Made by a program: the position numbers and the translations under genes | Shown here: one piece after another, positions 1 to 13,019 of the stretch | Layout: every line of letters starts with the position of its first letter | Numbering within the stretch: position 1 is the stretch's first letter | The notes under the pieces: generated by a model | The model's input: the letters and a program-made list of their open reading frames with translations, nothing else | What the model was told of the DNA's origin: nothing | The model's database searches: none | Origin: Eledone cirrhosa | Lineage: Eukaryota | Direction: 5' to 3' | Length of the DNA stretch: 64,000 bases | Assembly: GCA_964016885.1 (NCBI GenBank) | Contig: OZ024761.1 | Span: 24,180,001-24,244,000 of the forward strand

Positions 1-255
1 TCGGTGGTGGTTTCGGTTGTAGTTGCGGTGGTAGTTGTGGTAGTGGTGATCGGGTGTTCGGGGTGGTGGTAGTTGTAGTAGGGTTGGTTACAGTGGTGGT
101 AGTAGTTTACGGTAGGGGTTATGGTGGTAATGGTAGTGGTAGTTGTGGTAAGTGTTAGTAGTGATGGTTGTAGTAGTGTAGGTAGTAGTGTTGATAGTAG
201 TGGTGGTAGGGGTAGTAGTGGTGGTTTTGGTGGTAGTAGTGGTGGTATGGTGTTC
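1..255. repeat. degenerate (GGT/AGT)n trinucleotide microsatellite
   Basis: Continuous GGT/AGT/TGT triplets; explains ORFs 88..336 and 121..315. Confidence 0.9.
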
Positions 256-271
256 GGGACGGCGAACAGAC

Positions 272-365
272 GAAAGGCAAAGCCAGCCTCGGCAGGATTT
301 AATCTCAGATCGTAAAGGGACGTAACCCTGTGCCATGAAGCATATTAGTCCGACGCTCTACCGAA
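272..365 (-). mobile_element. tRNA-derived SINE, diverged 5' fragment
   Basis: Reverse complement resembles the SINE head seen elsewhere in the window (TCGGTAGAGCGTCGGAC...CTGAGATTAAATCCTGCCGAGG). Confidence 0.75.
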
Positions 366-748
366 TATATTATACACAACAGCACACACCCAATCAGTCC
401 ATTAGACATTGGAAAACAAAAAAAAATGTTTCTGGTTATAAAAATACTTTATTTAAAGTAATTAAGTAAATTAGTAGATTAATGTGTCGGGGTCGGAGGT
501 GGGGATGTTTGCGTTTCGATTTTGTTGGGTTTTTTTTTTTTTTTTTCAGAGGAAAAAAAATCAAGGTTGAAAGAGTGAAAATGTATTAATGGTTGTAGTT
601 TCTTTTTATATATATTTTGTCTATTTTTTTTTATGAATCTCTATTTAAACCCTCTTCTGAATGACTCCGCTAAACTTAATCATGGCAAATTGTCAACAGA
701 AATTTGAAAAGGAACTTTCGTACAAAATATTGTGAAATCACTTCTGTA

Positions 749-805
<57 letters not shown>

Positions 806-809
<4 letters not shown>

Positions 810-956
810 TAAATCATGTCCTTAGAATTATTAGATAAAATATATACCATTTCCTCTCCCAATTAGCATAATTAACCATATAAAAAAATCAATTAGACCA
901 AGCTATAAGAAGAAAGGCTCTTATGAAGAAATCTCCGACAAATAACCGAAAGTTAT

Positions 957-1016
<60 letters not shown>

Positions 1017-1156
1017 TAAAACATGTCTATAGTATCACCAGATAAAATATATACCATTTTCTCTCCCAATTAGCATAATTAACCATATAAAAAATCGAAT
1101 AGACCAGGCTATAAGAATAAGGCTTCTATGAAGAAATCTCCAACAAATAACCGAAA
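806..1156. repeat. direct tandem duplication of a ~145-bp unit separated by (TA)n
   Basis: 806-951 (TCATAAATCATGTC...CAAATAACCGAAA) recurs with substitutions at 1013-1156. Confidence 0.9.
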
Positions 1157-1228
1157 CCAGCCCTTCGCGCCGGCTGCGACGGAATATTTATCGAATATTT
1201 CGACAGCGTAATCGCCCAGATATACAGT

Positions 1229-1267
<39 letters not shown>

Positions 1268-1394
1268 CAAAAGAGATATTCAATTTGTTGGTAATTCAAC
1301 AAAAATAAATGTTTATAACTGATTTATCCAGGAAAAACTTAAACCGTTATGTTCTTCTTTCTTGGTTATGTCAATATTTATGAAACAAACTTTA

Positions 1395-1457
1395 TATTTT
1401 ATCTGATGAGGGCTTACCCAACTGTTGGTTCCCTTGAAATATATATATAATAGAATA
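1395..1457 (+). ncRNA. minimal type I hammerhead ribozyme motif (family A)
   Basis: Stem I TATTTTAT/ATAGAATA, CTGATGA 1403-1409, imperfect stem II, GAAA 1436-1439, palindromic (TA) stem III, AUA cleavage triplet. Downstream tail shared with copies at 14.5 kb and 61.8 kb. Confidence 0.7.
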
Positions 1458-1496
1458 AATATGGTTTTATGAATATAGTTTCTATTTATTTAATAT

Positions 1497-1549
<53 letters not shown>

Positions 1550-1745
1550 TGTATGTATATATGTATATATGTATGTATATATACATATATGAATGTATGT
1601 ATGTATATATATATATATGAATGAAGTAATTCCGTCGGAAAGGTCCAGGAAAAAAGAGTGCTCTATGTAGGTTTGTGTATTTGTGTGTATGTGTATGTAT
1701 GGATATGTTGATATATATGTGTGTATGTATGTGTATATGTATGTG

Positions 1746-1801
<56 letters not shown>

Positions 1802-1982
1802 TATATGTGTGTGTGTATGTGTGTGTGTATATGTGTGTGTGTGTATACATGTGTGTGTATGTAATTGTGTGTGTGTGTGGATGTGTGTTTATTTTTCCTT
1901 TCCTTCTTCCTTTTCCAGCCTCACTTTCATATAGATTATATTTTGGTTTTAAAATCCAATGTCAATAAATACACCAGGATTT

Positions 1983-2043
1983 TTTCATTCTGATGATTGA
2001 AAGCAAAATTTGTTTGCTTTTAAGAAACCACTGGTAAATGAAA
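1983..2043 (+). ncRNA. type I hammerhead ribozyme motif (family B)
   Basis: Stem I TTTCATT/AATGAAA (7 bp), CTGATGA 1990-1996, 11-bp stem II TTGAAAGCAAA/TTTGCTTTTAA, GAAA 2024-2027, stem III CC-ACT-GG, GUA cleavage after 2036. Confidence 0.88.
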
Positions 2044-2068
2044 TAATTGCCTTATGTTGTTTATTACA

Positions 2069-2145
<77 letters not shown>

Positions 2146-2161
2146 ATGTAGTATATATATA

Positions 2162-2680
2162 TTGGCTCGGGTCATGCTCAACCGCCTTATAGTCAACATC
2201 TCGGAGGACAACCTGCCTGAGGCCCAGTATGGGTTCCGCCCAAACCGCAGCACGATCGACATGATCTTCTCTGTACGCCAGGCGCGGGAGAAATGTTTCG
2301 AACAGAACATGGTCCCCTTTGCCGTCTTCATAGACTTGACCAAGGCCTTCGACACTCTCAGCAGGGAATCCCTCTGGTCGATCCTGTCGAAGTTTCGATG
2401 CCCGACAAAGCTTGTGAACCTGATACGACAACTCCATGATGACATGACCGGGCAGGTGCGCTCGGGCGGAGAGGCATCGGTGCCGTTCGGAAACACCAAC
2501 GGCGTCAAGCAAGGATGCGTGCTGGCTCCCGTCCTCTTCAACCTGTTATTCACCTGCGTGCTCAATCATGCCATCAGGGACCTCGAGCTCGGTGTGTATC
2601 TGAGACACAGACTGGACAGCTCCCTGTTTGACCTGCGGACACACTAATGTCCACGAGGAGGGCTATAGACGTTCAAACCC
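2162..2680 (+). mobile_element. RTE-clade LINE reverse transcriptase fragment
   Basis: ORF 2126..2647 contains LPEAQYGFRPNRSTIDMIF, FIDLTKAFD, NGVKQGCVLAPVLFN, LFDLR, typical of RTE RT. GC-rich island, truncated. Confidence 0.92.
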
Positions 2681-2759
2681 ACCCCAGAAACCCCTTTTAT
2701 GGAGAAAGAGCAGCCTACCCCTTCCTCGTTTCTATCACTGTTATTGACATCATTAATTT

Positions 2760-3065
2760 GAAGGGCAGTCAATTAGATCGACCCCCAGTTCATTAACGGT
2801 ACTTTATTTTATCGACCTCGTAAGAATGAAAAGCTGAGCTAACCTCGGCGTGGTTTGGACTAAGAACGTAAAGGGTCATAACTCTGTGCTGGTTTCAGAT
2901 TTAGGCACAAGGCCAACAATTTTTTAGGGGAGAGGTAAGTCGATTAAATCGACCCCAGAGCGTTACTGGTACTATATTTGATAGCCCCCCCCCTTCCCAT
3001 ATGGATGAAAGGCACAGTTAACCTCGGCAGGATTTGAAATCAGGACGTAACTTTATGCCGCAAAG
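2760..3065 (-). mobile_element. cluster of diverged tRNA-derived SINE copies (long variant)
   Basis: GGTACTTTATTTTATCGACC, AACCTCGGC, GGCACAAGGCC and TCGACCCC motifs in reverse orientation, present twice. Confidence 0.8.
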
Positions 3066-3145
3066 TAGATAGGTAGATAGATAGATAGATAGATGAGTAG
3101 ATTCATAGACTGATAGATAGTTAGAGAGACAAATAGACAAATATA

Positions 3146-3390
<245 letters not shown>

Positions 3391-3428
3391 AATAGACAGA
3401 TGTATATATATATGAAAAAATGGGGAGA

Positions 3429-3466
<38 letters not shown>

Positions 3467-3714
3467 CATAGCCTGATACAGAAATAGTCTTTAAGCTACC
3501 GTTGTTATTACTATAATTATTTCGTGGTGGAAAATAAAGTAGCAATCTTTTTCTCGTTAGAGGTAAGACCCTATCATAAAGGAGGTTCCGGAAGATATAT
3601 TTTATTTGCTCATCCATCAACCTATCGATTTCTTGTTTAGGCGCAAGGTCAGCAAATTTCGAGAAAGGCAAAGTTGATTAAATCAACCCCAATACTTAAT
3701 TCCGAAGGTACGTG

Positions 3715-3830
3715 ACCTACTGGTAAAGGTATTGAACTTACCATCATAATGTCATGTGTTCGATTCCTGGACTATAACTAAATCAGAAACCAATATTTCT
3801 TTTCAGACCAAATTATTATAATTACAAGTA
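3715..3830 (+). mobile_element. second tRNA-derived SINE-like head; related copies at 4544-4625 (+) and about 33925-33970 (-)
   Basis: TGGTAAAGG A-box-like and GTTCGATTCC B-box. AATGTC(A/G)TGTGTTCGATTCC...TAAATCAGAAA repeated at 4544. Confidence 0.55.
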
Positions 3831-3858
3831 AGTTTGTTTTGAAGCAGCGAGTGCGTTT

Positions 3859-4040
3859 GAAATTAGAAATAGAAGCTTTCAGCATATCTTTTGCCTGATA
3901 GTGGGGTTTAGATCTCTCTAAGAAATGGAAAAAGACCTCAATACTCATCTTTTTCCATTTCTTAGAGGGTTCTAAACCCCACTATCAGGCTAAAATTTCT
4001 CTAGTAAAAAAAAACGGCGAAAGCTTCTATTTCTAATTTC
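3859..4040. repeat. long fold-back palindrome containing a hammerhead 3' half (GAAAGCTTC)
   Basis: Outer arms 3859-3880 / 4019-4040 are perfect complements. Inner near-perfect hairpin 3893-3990. Confidence 0.85.
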
Positions 4041-4042
4041 CT

Positions 4043-4410
4043 GCAAGTATCGTCGCTCTCCGACAAGTTTGCTGCCGTGTCCCTAGGAGTGGAGACTTCT
4101 GGTGTCCTTAGGGTGTCCTTAGCCCTAGGGCTACCTCCCTACTTACCACCATAGGCGCTGAACTGGCCAGCCTCAGGTGTGAACCTCACGCGATGGAATG
4201 GCTCTTCCAGCGCATCTCCCATACCATCCTGCGAGGAAATGTTTTCTCCATTCTGTCCGCCGGAGCCGTGGGGAGACCAGCACGTGGGACTGCATTTGAT
4301 CATAATACAGAGAGATGGGGAGGGCGAGAGAGATGGAGGCGACGACAGTGGGAGTTCGGCTCTTCCGTGTTCGGAGCTGGTGTACAGCGTCAGTTGTCCG
4401 TAGGGAGGTG
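4043..4410 (+). mobile_element. CRE-clade non-LTR retrotransposon 3' fragment (restriction-like endonuclease C-terminus)
   Basis: Frameshifted translation gives KY...LGVETSGVL...EPHAMEWLFQRISHTILRGNVFSIL, matching the CRE-type VETxG...FQRxSxxxxRGN signature. GC-rich. Confidence 0.72.
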
Positions 4411-4631
4411 GTGGTTTGTACTTAGCGAAGGCTTTTAGAACCTTGAGTTTGCGATTCCTGTATGTATTATGAAGATCTAATTTATTATAATTACATTGTG
4501 GAAAAGCGATGATTTGAACTTGGAAACTGAAATCTTGCAAAGGAATGTCGTGTGTTCGATTCCAGGACTATTCCTAAATCAGAAATCAATATTTCCTGAC
4601 AGAGATAAAATTATTATTGATTACAGATTAC

Positions 4632-5090
4632 GCTTTTCCACTCTGTAATCAATAATTGTCTCTACTTTAGGCACAAGGCCAGCAATTACCCAGTGCGTTA
4701 CTGGTACTTTATTTTATCGACCCCCGTAAGGATGAAAGGCAAAGTCAACCTCAAATCCCGCCGAGGTTGACTTTGCCTTTCATCCTTACGGGGTCGATAA
4801 AATAAAGTACCAGTAATACACTGGGTAATTGCTGGCCCTGTGCCTAAAGTAGAAACAGTTATCTTTCTAATACATGGGCGGTGGATTGGCAGTATCGGTA
4901 GAGAGTCGGATACCATGCTCTGAAGCACAGATTTACGTCCCTTTATGATCTGAGTTCAAATCCCGCCGAGGTTAACTTTGCCTTTCATCCTTACAGGGTC
5001 GATAAAATAAAGTACCAGTAATGTACTGAGGAAATTGCTGGCCTTGTGCCTAAAGTAGAAACAATTATTGATTACAGAGTGGAAAAGCGA
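4632..5090. mobile_element. SINE cluster: inverted 3' half (4655-4752), forward 3' half (4752-4860), full copy (4876-5066)
   Basis: Full copy has A-box TGGCAGTATCGG, B-box GAGTTCAAATCC, core GCCTTTCATCCTTAC.GGGTCGATAAAATAAAGTACCAG and tail GGCCTTGTGCCTAAAGTAGAAACAATT. Confidence 0.92.
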
Positions 5091-5269
5091 TGATTTGAAC
5101 TTGGAAAGTGTAATATTGTAGATATAGTTTGTTAACCACATGACAGTTGAGCCGTTAGCAAATGTGTTAATGTCGTTAGTGGTTGTCTCAAGAGACGGCA
5201 CTTACATGTCATTACTTAGGTCAGCTTTAATAACGGTGGGAGGGGGGGGGGGGTGAATGTGCGTTGATG

Positions 5270-5887
5270 AAAGATAGAGAGAGAGTGTTTGAGAGAGAGA
5301 GAGGGGGGGCGAGAAAGAGAGATGTGAATGTGTGTATGTAATGTGTGTATGTAATGTGTGTGAGTCTTTGTGTGAAAGAGAGAGAGAGGGGGAGAGAGGG
5401 GGAGAAAGAGAGATGTGAATGTGTGTATGTAATGTGTGTGAGTGTTTGAGAAAGAGAGAGAGAGAGTTTGAGAGAGGGGGAGAGAAAGAGAGATGTGAAT
5501 GTGTGTATGTATTGTGTGTATGTAATGTGTGTGAGTCTTTGTGTGAAAGAGAGAGAGAGGGGGAGAAAGAGAGATGTGAATGTGTGTATGTAATGTGTGT
5601 GAGTGTTTGAGAGAGAGAGAGAGTTTGAGAGAGAGAGAGAGAGATGTGAATGTGTGTATGTAATGTGTGTGAGTGTTTGTGTGAAAGAGAGAGAGAGAGA
5701 GAGAGAGTTTGAGAGAGAGAGGGGGAGAGAAAGAGAGATGTGAATGTGTGTATGTAATGTGTCTGAGTGTTTGTGTGAAAGAGAGAGAGAGAGGAGGGTG
5801 TTGAATGTGTATGTGTGTGTGTGAGAGGGAGGGAGAGAGAGAGAGAGAGAAGGAGGGTGTTGAATGTGTATGTGTGTGTGTGAGAGG

Positions 5888-5921
<34 letters not shown>

Positions 5922-5952
5922 AGGAGGGTGTTGAATGTGTATGTGTGTGTGA

Positions 5953-5983
<31 letters not shown>

Positions 5984-6050
5984 GAGGGTGTTGAATGTGT
6001 ATGTGTGTGTGTGTGAGAGGGAGAGAGAGAGAGATAGTGTGTGTGTTGTT
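5270..6050. repeat. compound (GA)n/(GT)n minisatellite
   Basis: Recurring GAGATGTGAATGTGTGTATGTAATGTGTG and GGAGGGTGTTGAATGTGTATG units. Confidence 0.9.
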
Positions 6051-6119
6051 CTGTAAGGTATTTATATAACAATGGCTGTTGTAACATGGGATGGACCACC
6101 ACATAATTCAAATATGGCC

Positions 6120-6240
6120 ACCATCATCATCATCATCATCATCATCGTCATCATCGTCATCATCATCATCGTCATCATCGTCATCATCGTCATCATCATC
6201 ATCATCATCATCATCGCCATCATCATCGTCACCATCATTG
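6120..6240. repeat. (ATC)n microsatellite
   Basis: ATC/GTC triplets. Confidence 0.95.
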
Positions 6241-6378
6241 TGTGTGTGAGTGTCTATGTGTGTGTGAGTGTTTATATATGTGTGTGCAGGTGTGTGTGTT
6301 TGTAAGTGTGTGTGTATTTGTAAGTGTGTGCGTATTTGAGGAAATCGTTTGCAGGATCAAATCCCACCAACAGTTCCA

Positions 6379-6470
<92 letters not shown>

Positions 6471-6537
6471 CATATATATATAAGGCCAGAAAATATCGGT
6501 CAGTGTAAGGTAAAAAAATAGGTGTGACGTCAAAGTA

Positions 6538-6640
6538 TAGGTCAGTGTTGGGCAGAATGCAGGTCAATGTAGGGCCAGAATGTAGGTCAGTGTTGGGCCA
6601 GAATGTAGGTCAGTGTAGGGCCAGAATGTAGGTCAGTGTT
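6538..6640. repeat. short ~23-bp tandem repeat (GTAGGTCAGTGT(T/A)GGGCCAGAAT)
   Basis: 4-5 consecutive units visible. Confidence 0.85.
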
Positions 6641-6717
6641 GTGTCATAATGGAGTATAGGCGTATGTATGATGGTTTATGATTTAAGATTTAAGTACAAG
6701 GCCAATAATTTGGAGGG

Positions 6718-7638
6718 AGAATAACATGGTCGGCTGTGCAAAACGGGTTTTATTTACAGTATTAACAATTGTTTCATTGATCAAATAAGTCTAAATGCCG
6801 TTGATCATTAGAAATTGTGTCACTCGACCTTAAATACAGTGTGTGTCTCTGATCAAATCATCGGAATACTGAAGGGTGTAACACATGGCTCTCGTATTTA
6901 TAGATACATCGGAGAATCAAGTGAATGAAAACAATGAAATAATGAAATGATAAAAAATATTCGATCTAGCAATCTCGGTATTCAGACAGAACCACCCGGA
7001 TATAAATCTACTCACCTCACATTCACTGTTATTAGCTAATCAACTGACCAACTGGTCATTAAATTAACATCATAAATCCCCCAACATTTCTTTCCTCTTC
7101 TCTCTATAGTCGCATCACCTCCATTAAAATAAATTAATCGATCTACCCATATATGATCACTATCCTTTTCACTTTTTTATTCTTTTATCCTTTTTGTCAC
7201 ATCCTCGAATCCTTACTCTTTATTCTCTATCTCTTGTTCTTTATCCCTTCCCCTCTTACTGCTTATTTTAGTCCTCTAATATTTTATCTACTTTTTTGCA
7301 TTTTTATTTCGCCAATTCATGAACTCTATACACTATATTAGCACCACGTCCACTCAGCATCATCTCGCTCATCACATATCGTATTTCTTTTCATGTTACT
7401 GTTATCATTACTGTCATCACTATTTTATACACCCACTTACTCACCATTATAACCTCATCTATCGGTAGAGTGTCGGACATGCTTTCCAGCATAGTTATGT
7501 CCCTTTACGATCTGAGTTCAAATCCCGCCGAGGTTGACTTTGCCTTTCATCCTTACGGGGTCGAAAAAATAAAGTACCAGTAATATACTGGAATAATTGC
7601 TGGCCTTGTGCCAAAAGTAGAAACAATTATAACCTCAT

Positions 7639-7686
<48 letters not shown>

Positions 7687-7997
7687 TTATCAATAACCGT
7701 ATTTTTTTATCTTTTTATTATTTTTTTTTTTTTTTAAATATTTTTTTTATCATTTCATTATTTCATTATTCATTATTTCATTGTTTTCATTCACTTAATT
7801 CTCTGATGTATCTATAAATACCAGTGCCATGTGTTACACCGTTCAGTATTCCGTGATTTGATCAGACACACACACTGTATTTAAGGTCGAGTGACACAAT
7901 TTCTAATGATTAGCGGCCTTTAGACTCACCTGATCAATGAAACAATTGTTACTACTGTAAATAAAACACTTTTTGTACAGCCAACCATGTTATTCTT
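6718..7997. mobile_element. Penelope-like remnant: ~230-bp inverted repeats (6718-6950 / 7765-7997), each with a decayed hammerhead (family D)
   Basis: The arms are reverse complements. Minus 6757-6871: CAGTATT CCGATGA long stem II GAAA CAATTG TT AATACTG. Plus copy at 7844-7957. A third fragment at 44948-45030 keeps GAAACAATTGTC. Confidence 0.7.
7460..7628 (+). mobile_element. SINE, 5'-truncated, with 16-bp TSD
   Basis: ATTATAACCTCATCTA at 7446-7461 and 7626-7641. Confidence 0.92.
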
Positions 7998-8004
7998 CAC
8001 TCTT

Positions 8005-8078
<74 letters not shown>

Positions 8079-8598
8079 TAAAGTGTGAGCGGGAGAGAGA
8101 ACATAAAGAAAAAAATTGAAAAATAAGACAAGAAAAAGAAGACAGGGAGATGAATGGTTTCTAACTTAAGAATAATATGTCAGAAAGAGGAGAAAGTCGG
8201 TCAGTTATGATGAAACCCAGTAGGTAACTGGTACTTTATTTTGTTGATACAAAAAAAATAAAAATAAAAAAAAAGATAACCGGAAACAGGAAATTCAAAG
8301 CTGACTTTAGCGAGACTTGAAACGAGAACGTAAAATCCCGGAAAAAAACCAATACCGCTAAGCATTGTTTCTGAACTCGAGACTGCAGCATCACCGCCAT
8401 ATTTTCTGACATTATTTCAACAAATCTTCATTTCTTCTTCTTACAAGAACAAGAAAAAGAAAAAGAATAAAAGGAAAAGAAAAGAAATACCCCCCCCCCC
8501 TTCCATTCTCAGTTTCATTAGTTAGAAATTTTATTTAAACCCCACGTGACCATTTTCACCATATTTAATCACCGTTTACTTTTAAAGATCGCTTATTT

Positions 8599-8670
<72 letters not shown>

Positions 8671-9093
8671 TCGTTCTTTTTATCTTTCTTTATTTCCTCT
8701 CTTTAGTTTCTTTCCTTCGTTTCTTCCTTTACCCCTTTCTTTCTTTATTTCCTTTCTTTTCTTTTTCTTCTTTTTTCTTTCTTTCTTTTTTTAATCTTTT
8801 AATCATCGTTAATTTTCGTTTAGAATCAGCTGGTATAAGTTGTCTCCCCTTCCCGCCAAATTAACGCCGTCTATCATTCAAGTTGTCTTCCATTTTCCTA
8901 ACTACGTATGGCTTTTACTTAGCTGTCTTATTTCTCTCTCCGGCGAGACACCACCCGGTAATGGCAGATAACCACTTTCTAGAAAACACTATTAAAACTC
9001 TTCCTATCACCTCACCTCACATTTTATACTTATCTCCTTCTTACCGTTCCTTACACCTGATTTCATCCATTGTGGCTCACCAACACATTCAAT

Positions 9094-9124
<31 letters not shown>

Positions 9125-9132
9125 CACACATA

Positions 9133-9205
<73 letters not shown>

Positions 9206-9280
9206 TATTTATATTATTTATATATAAATATATATGTTTATGTATATATATATATGTATATATATATGTTTATGTATATA

Positions 9281-9329
<49 letters not shown>

Positions 9330-9358
9330 GAATATATATTTATATATATATGTATATA

Positions 9359-9420
<62 letters not shown>

Positions 9421-9553
9421 TATATATGTATATATATGAATATATATAGATGTACATATGTGAATATAAATATATGAATATATATATATGTATGTATATA
9501 TATATATTTATGTGTGTGTGTGTATATATAATGTATGCGTATATATATGTATG

Positions 9554-9604
<51 letters not shown>

Positions 9605-9785
9605 GTATATATATATGTACGTATATATATCTACGTATGTATATGTGTATATATATATATATGTACGTATGTATATGTGTATATATATATATATCTACGT
9701 ATATATATATAATCCTGCATATAAATGTAAACCATTCAAAAAATTTTGCATGTATATATCTTCAGATATATTATATAATATATAT

Positions 9786-9816
<31 letters not shown>

Positions 9817-9896
9817 TATATATATATATATAATATATATATATAATATATATATAATATATACATATATATATTTTAATAAATATATATATGTAT

Positions 9897-9961
<65 letters not shown>

Positions 9962-10051
9962 TATAGTAATAATAATAACTGTGAAGACTAAAATCCAAAG
10001 AGGGCTCGATAAGGATAAATATATATCAAATATATAAGAACCGTAGAGCAA

Positions 10052-10164
10052 ATATTTATTAAAATAACAGATTAAAGTTTAAGCAAAGAATCGCTGCTTT
10101 CAGAAGATCCCGTTAAGGATGAAAGCAGCGATTTTTTGCTTAAACTGTAATCTGATATTTTAAT

Positions 10165-10170
<6 letters not shown>
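10052..10170. repeat. fold-back palindrome around a hammerhead-like core (family E); sister copy at 13305-13372
   Basis: Arms of ~50 bp are complementary. Centre reads AGA TCC CGTTAA GGA T GAAA GCAG...TTGC TT. Confidence 0.65.
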
Positions 10171-10227
<57 letters not shown>

Positions 10228-10448
10228 GTAAGTATGTATGTATACGTACATACATATATTGTATACAGACGTACAGTAGCATGTATATATATACATACAT
10301 GCACACATATATATATGTACGTATCGGTTTACCGAACATATATTATAATGCTCGGTTTGTTTGTTTGTTTGTTAGTACGGCTGATACTTACCATTTAAAT
10401 ATCAGCCGTACTAAGAGTGAGAAATGAAATTTCGTTTCATTCTTTTCC

Positions 10449-10504
<56 letters not shown>

Positions 10505-10515
10505 TTATATATATG

Positions 10516-11866
10516 ACTTTGATAATTTTGATAGGTTTTGGCCAGCATTGGCCCAGGCCATGTCTAACTTAATAGCACCACCTGGCGAAGCCTTACAAAT
10601 CAGTGTTTGGGCACCATGGTCCACTCGAGCAGAGAGTTATTGTTTACTGAGGCATATCCGGGTGTAGGAGGCTTATCCGGGATTTATTGAAGGAATTTAT
10701 CCAAAGACTTCTTGAACTTGATGGGGTCTGTCTCTGCTTTGATGTGTTTTGGTGTAATGTTAAAGAGTGCAGGGCCAATTGAGGTGAAATAATTGTGCCG
10801 TATTGTTGCTATGTGATGCGAGTGGGATTTTAGTCCTGGGCGGATAGCACGGGGCCCAAACCTTGGGTGTACACTAAAGATGATGCCAACATCATTTGGG
10901 CTAAGCTGATGGAAGATTTTCCACATCATACAGATAATGTAGCGCACACGGCGACGTTAAAGAGAATAAAGTTTGAGCTTTTCTCATCGACCCCAATAGT
11001 TAAGGCCTGTCATGCCAACTATCTTTTTTGTAATTGACCTTTGGGGAGCTTCAACTTTCATGATACTTTGTTTCGTGTGGGGTGACCACAGTGGACAACA
11101 GTATTCAAGGTGATGTCGGACAAAAGTGGAGAATAGACGGACAACAGATATCTCTCGAGTGGAAAGTTCTGAGAATCCAGGAACACATTCTGCGGGCCAT
11201 ATCAACATTGCTGTTTATATGAGTGGCCCAGCTTATAGTGTTGTCCACAATTACTCCCAGGTCTCTGATGTTATTGGAAGCCACTAGAATTTCACCCGAA
11301 GGAAGAGAGTATGGTAGTTTCAGGGCATCCTTTTTTCCAAAGTGGATTAGTTCAAATTTATCCTCATTCAACAGCATATTATTCATCTCTGCCCATTGGA
11401 TAACAGCCAGTAGGCCTCACTGAAGGCAAGTCCGGTCACCCGCCTCATTGATGACCCTTTGGAGCTTGGAATCATCTGCGAAGATTCTGATGTTGCTGTG
11501 TTTGATGATGTCAGTGATGTCATTAATGTAGATGATGAAAAGAAGTGGGCCCAACACAGTGCCTTGTGGGACGCCACTGCTGAATTTGGCAGGGCTTGAT
11601 TTTACCCCTTCGACTACAACATGCTGAGTTCTGCCTGACAGGAAACATTTGATCCACTGTAGTAACCTTCCAGAGACACCAACATTGGATAGTTTTTTCG
11701 GTATAATCTTATGATCAACCCTGTCGAAGGCCTTGCTGAAATCAAGGTAGATGACATCAGTGTTGGAGCCCTCTCCCAAGGCTCGCAAAACATCGTCAAA
11801 GTGATGCAGGAGCTGCGTTAGGCAGTCCCTTCCATTACGGAATCCATGTTGGTTGGAGTTCAGCAT
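10516..11866 (-). mobile_element. CR1-group LINE, 5'-truncated and frameshifted RT plus C-terminus and 3' UTR
   Basis: NQHGFRNGRDCLTQLL, YLDFSKAFDRVDH, SGVPQGTVLGPLLF, FADDSKL, RDLGVIVDN, RHHLEYCCPLWSP, FKKSLDKFL across ORFs 11417..11866, 11105..11386, 10984..11208 and 10684..10947. Confidence 0.93.
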
Positions 11867-11870
11867 ATAT

Positions 11871-11901
<31 letters not shown>

Positions 11902-11907
11902 TATGTA

Positions 11908-11958
<51 letters not shown>

Positions 11959-11965
11959 ATATAAT

Positions 11966-12014
<49 letters not shown>

Positions 12015-12102
12015 TTTACTAAACTTCCATTTGTATATATATTATATATAGATAAATATTATATATATATTATATTATATATATATTATGTTATCTATAT
12101 AT

Positions 12103-12390
<288 letters not shown>

Positions 12391-12406
12391 TATATATATA
12401 TATATA

Positions 12407-12468
12407 TCAGTAATGCACTGGGTAATTGCTGGCCTTGTGCCTAAAGTAGAAACAATTATATATATATA

Positions 12469-12516
<48 letters not shown>

Positions 12517-12936
12517 GTTTCTACTTTTGGCACAAGGCCAGCAATTACTAGTACATTACTGGTACTTTATTTTATCGACCCCATAAGGATGAAAGGCAAA
12601 GTTAACCTCGGCGGGATTTGAACTCAGAATGGCAAGGGCCGTAACTCCATGCGTCAAAGCATGGCGTCCGACCCTCTACCGATACTGCCAATATATAATA
12701 TATATATTGGAGTTACGGCCCTTGCCATTCTGAGTTCAAATCCCGCCGAGGTTAACTTTGCCTTTCATCCTTACGGGGTCGATAAAATAAAGTACCAGTA
12801 ATACACTGGGATAATTGCTGGCCTTGTGCCAAAAGTAGAAACAATTATATATATATGTATTATATTATATATATTATAATGTACCAGTAATTACTCTGGG
12901 ATAATTGCTAGCTTTGTGCCAAAAGTAGAAACAATT
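12407..12936. mobile_element. SINE cluster with head-to-head and tail-to-tail copies separated by (TA)n
   Basis: 3' tail + (12407-12457), near-full - (12512-12691), truncated + (12709-12846), tail + (12881-12936). Confidence 0.92.
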
Positions 12937-13019
12937 ATATATATTATATATATATATATAGCTATATATATATTATATATTATATATATATATAATATAT
13001 ATAAATGTTCTCATCGATC

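Noticed and set aside
4876-4970. tRNA gene (A- and B-box)
   Set aside because: No cloverleaf; it is the head of a multi-copy SINE with TSDs.
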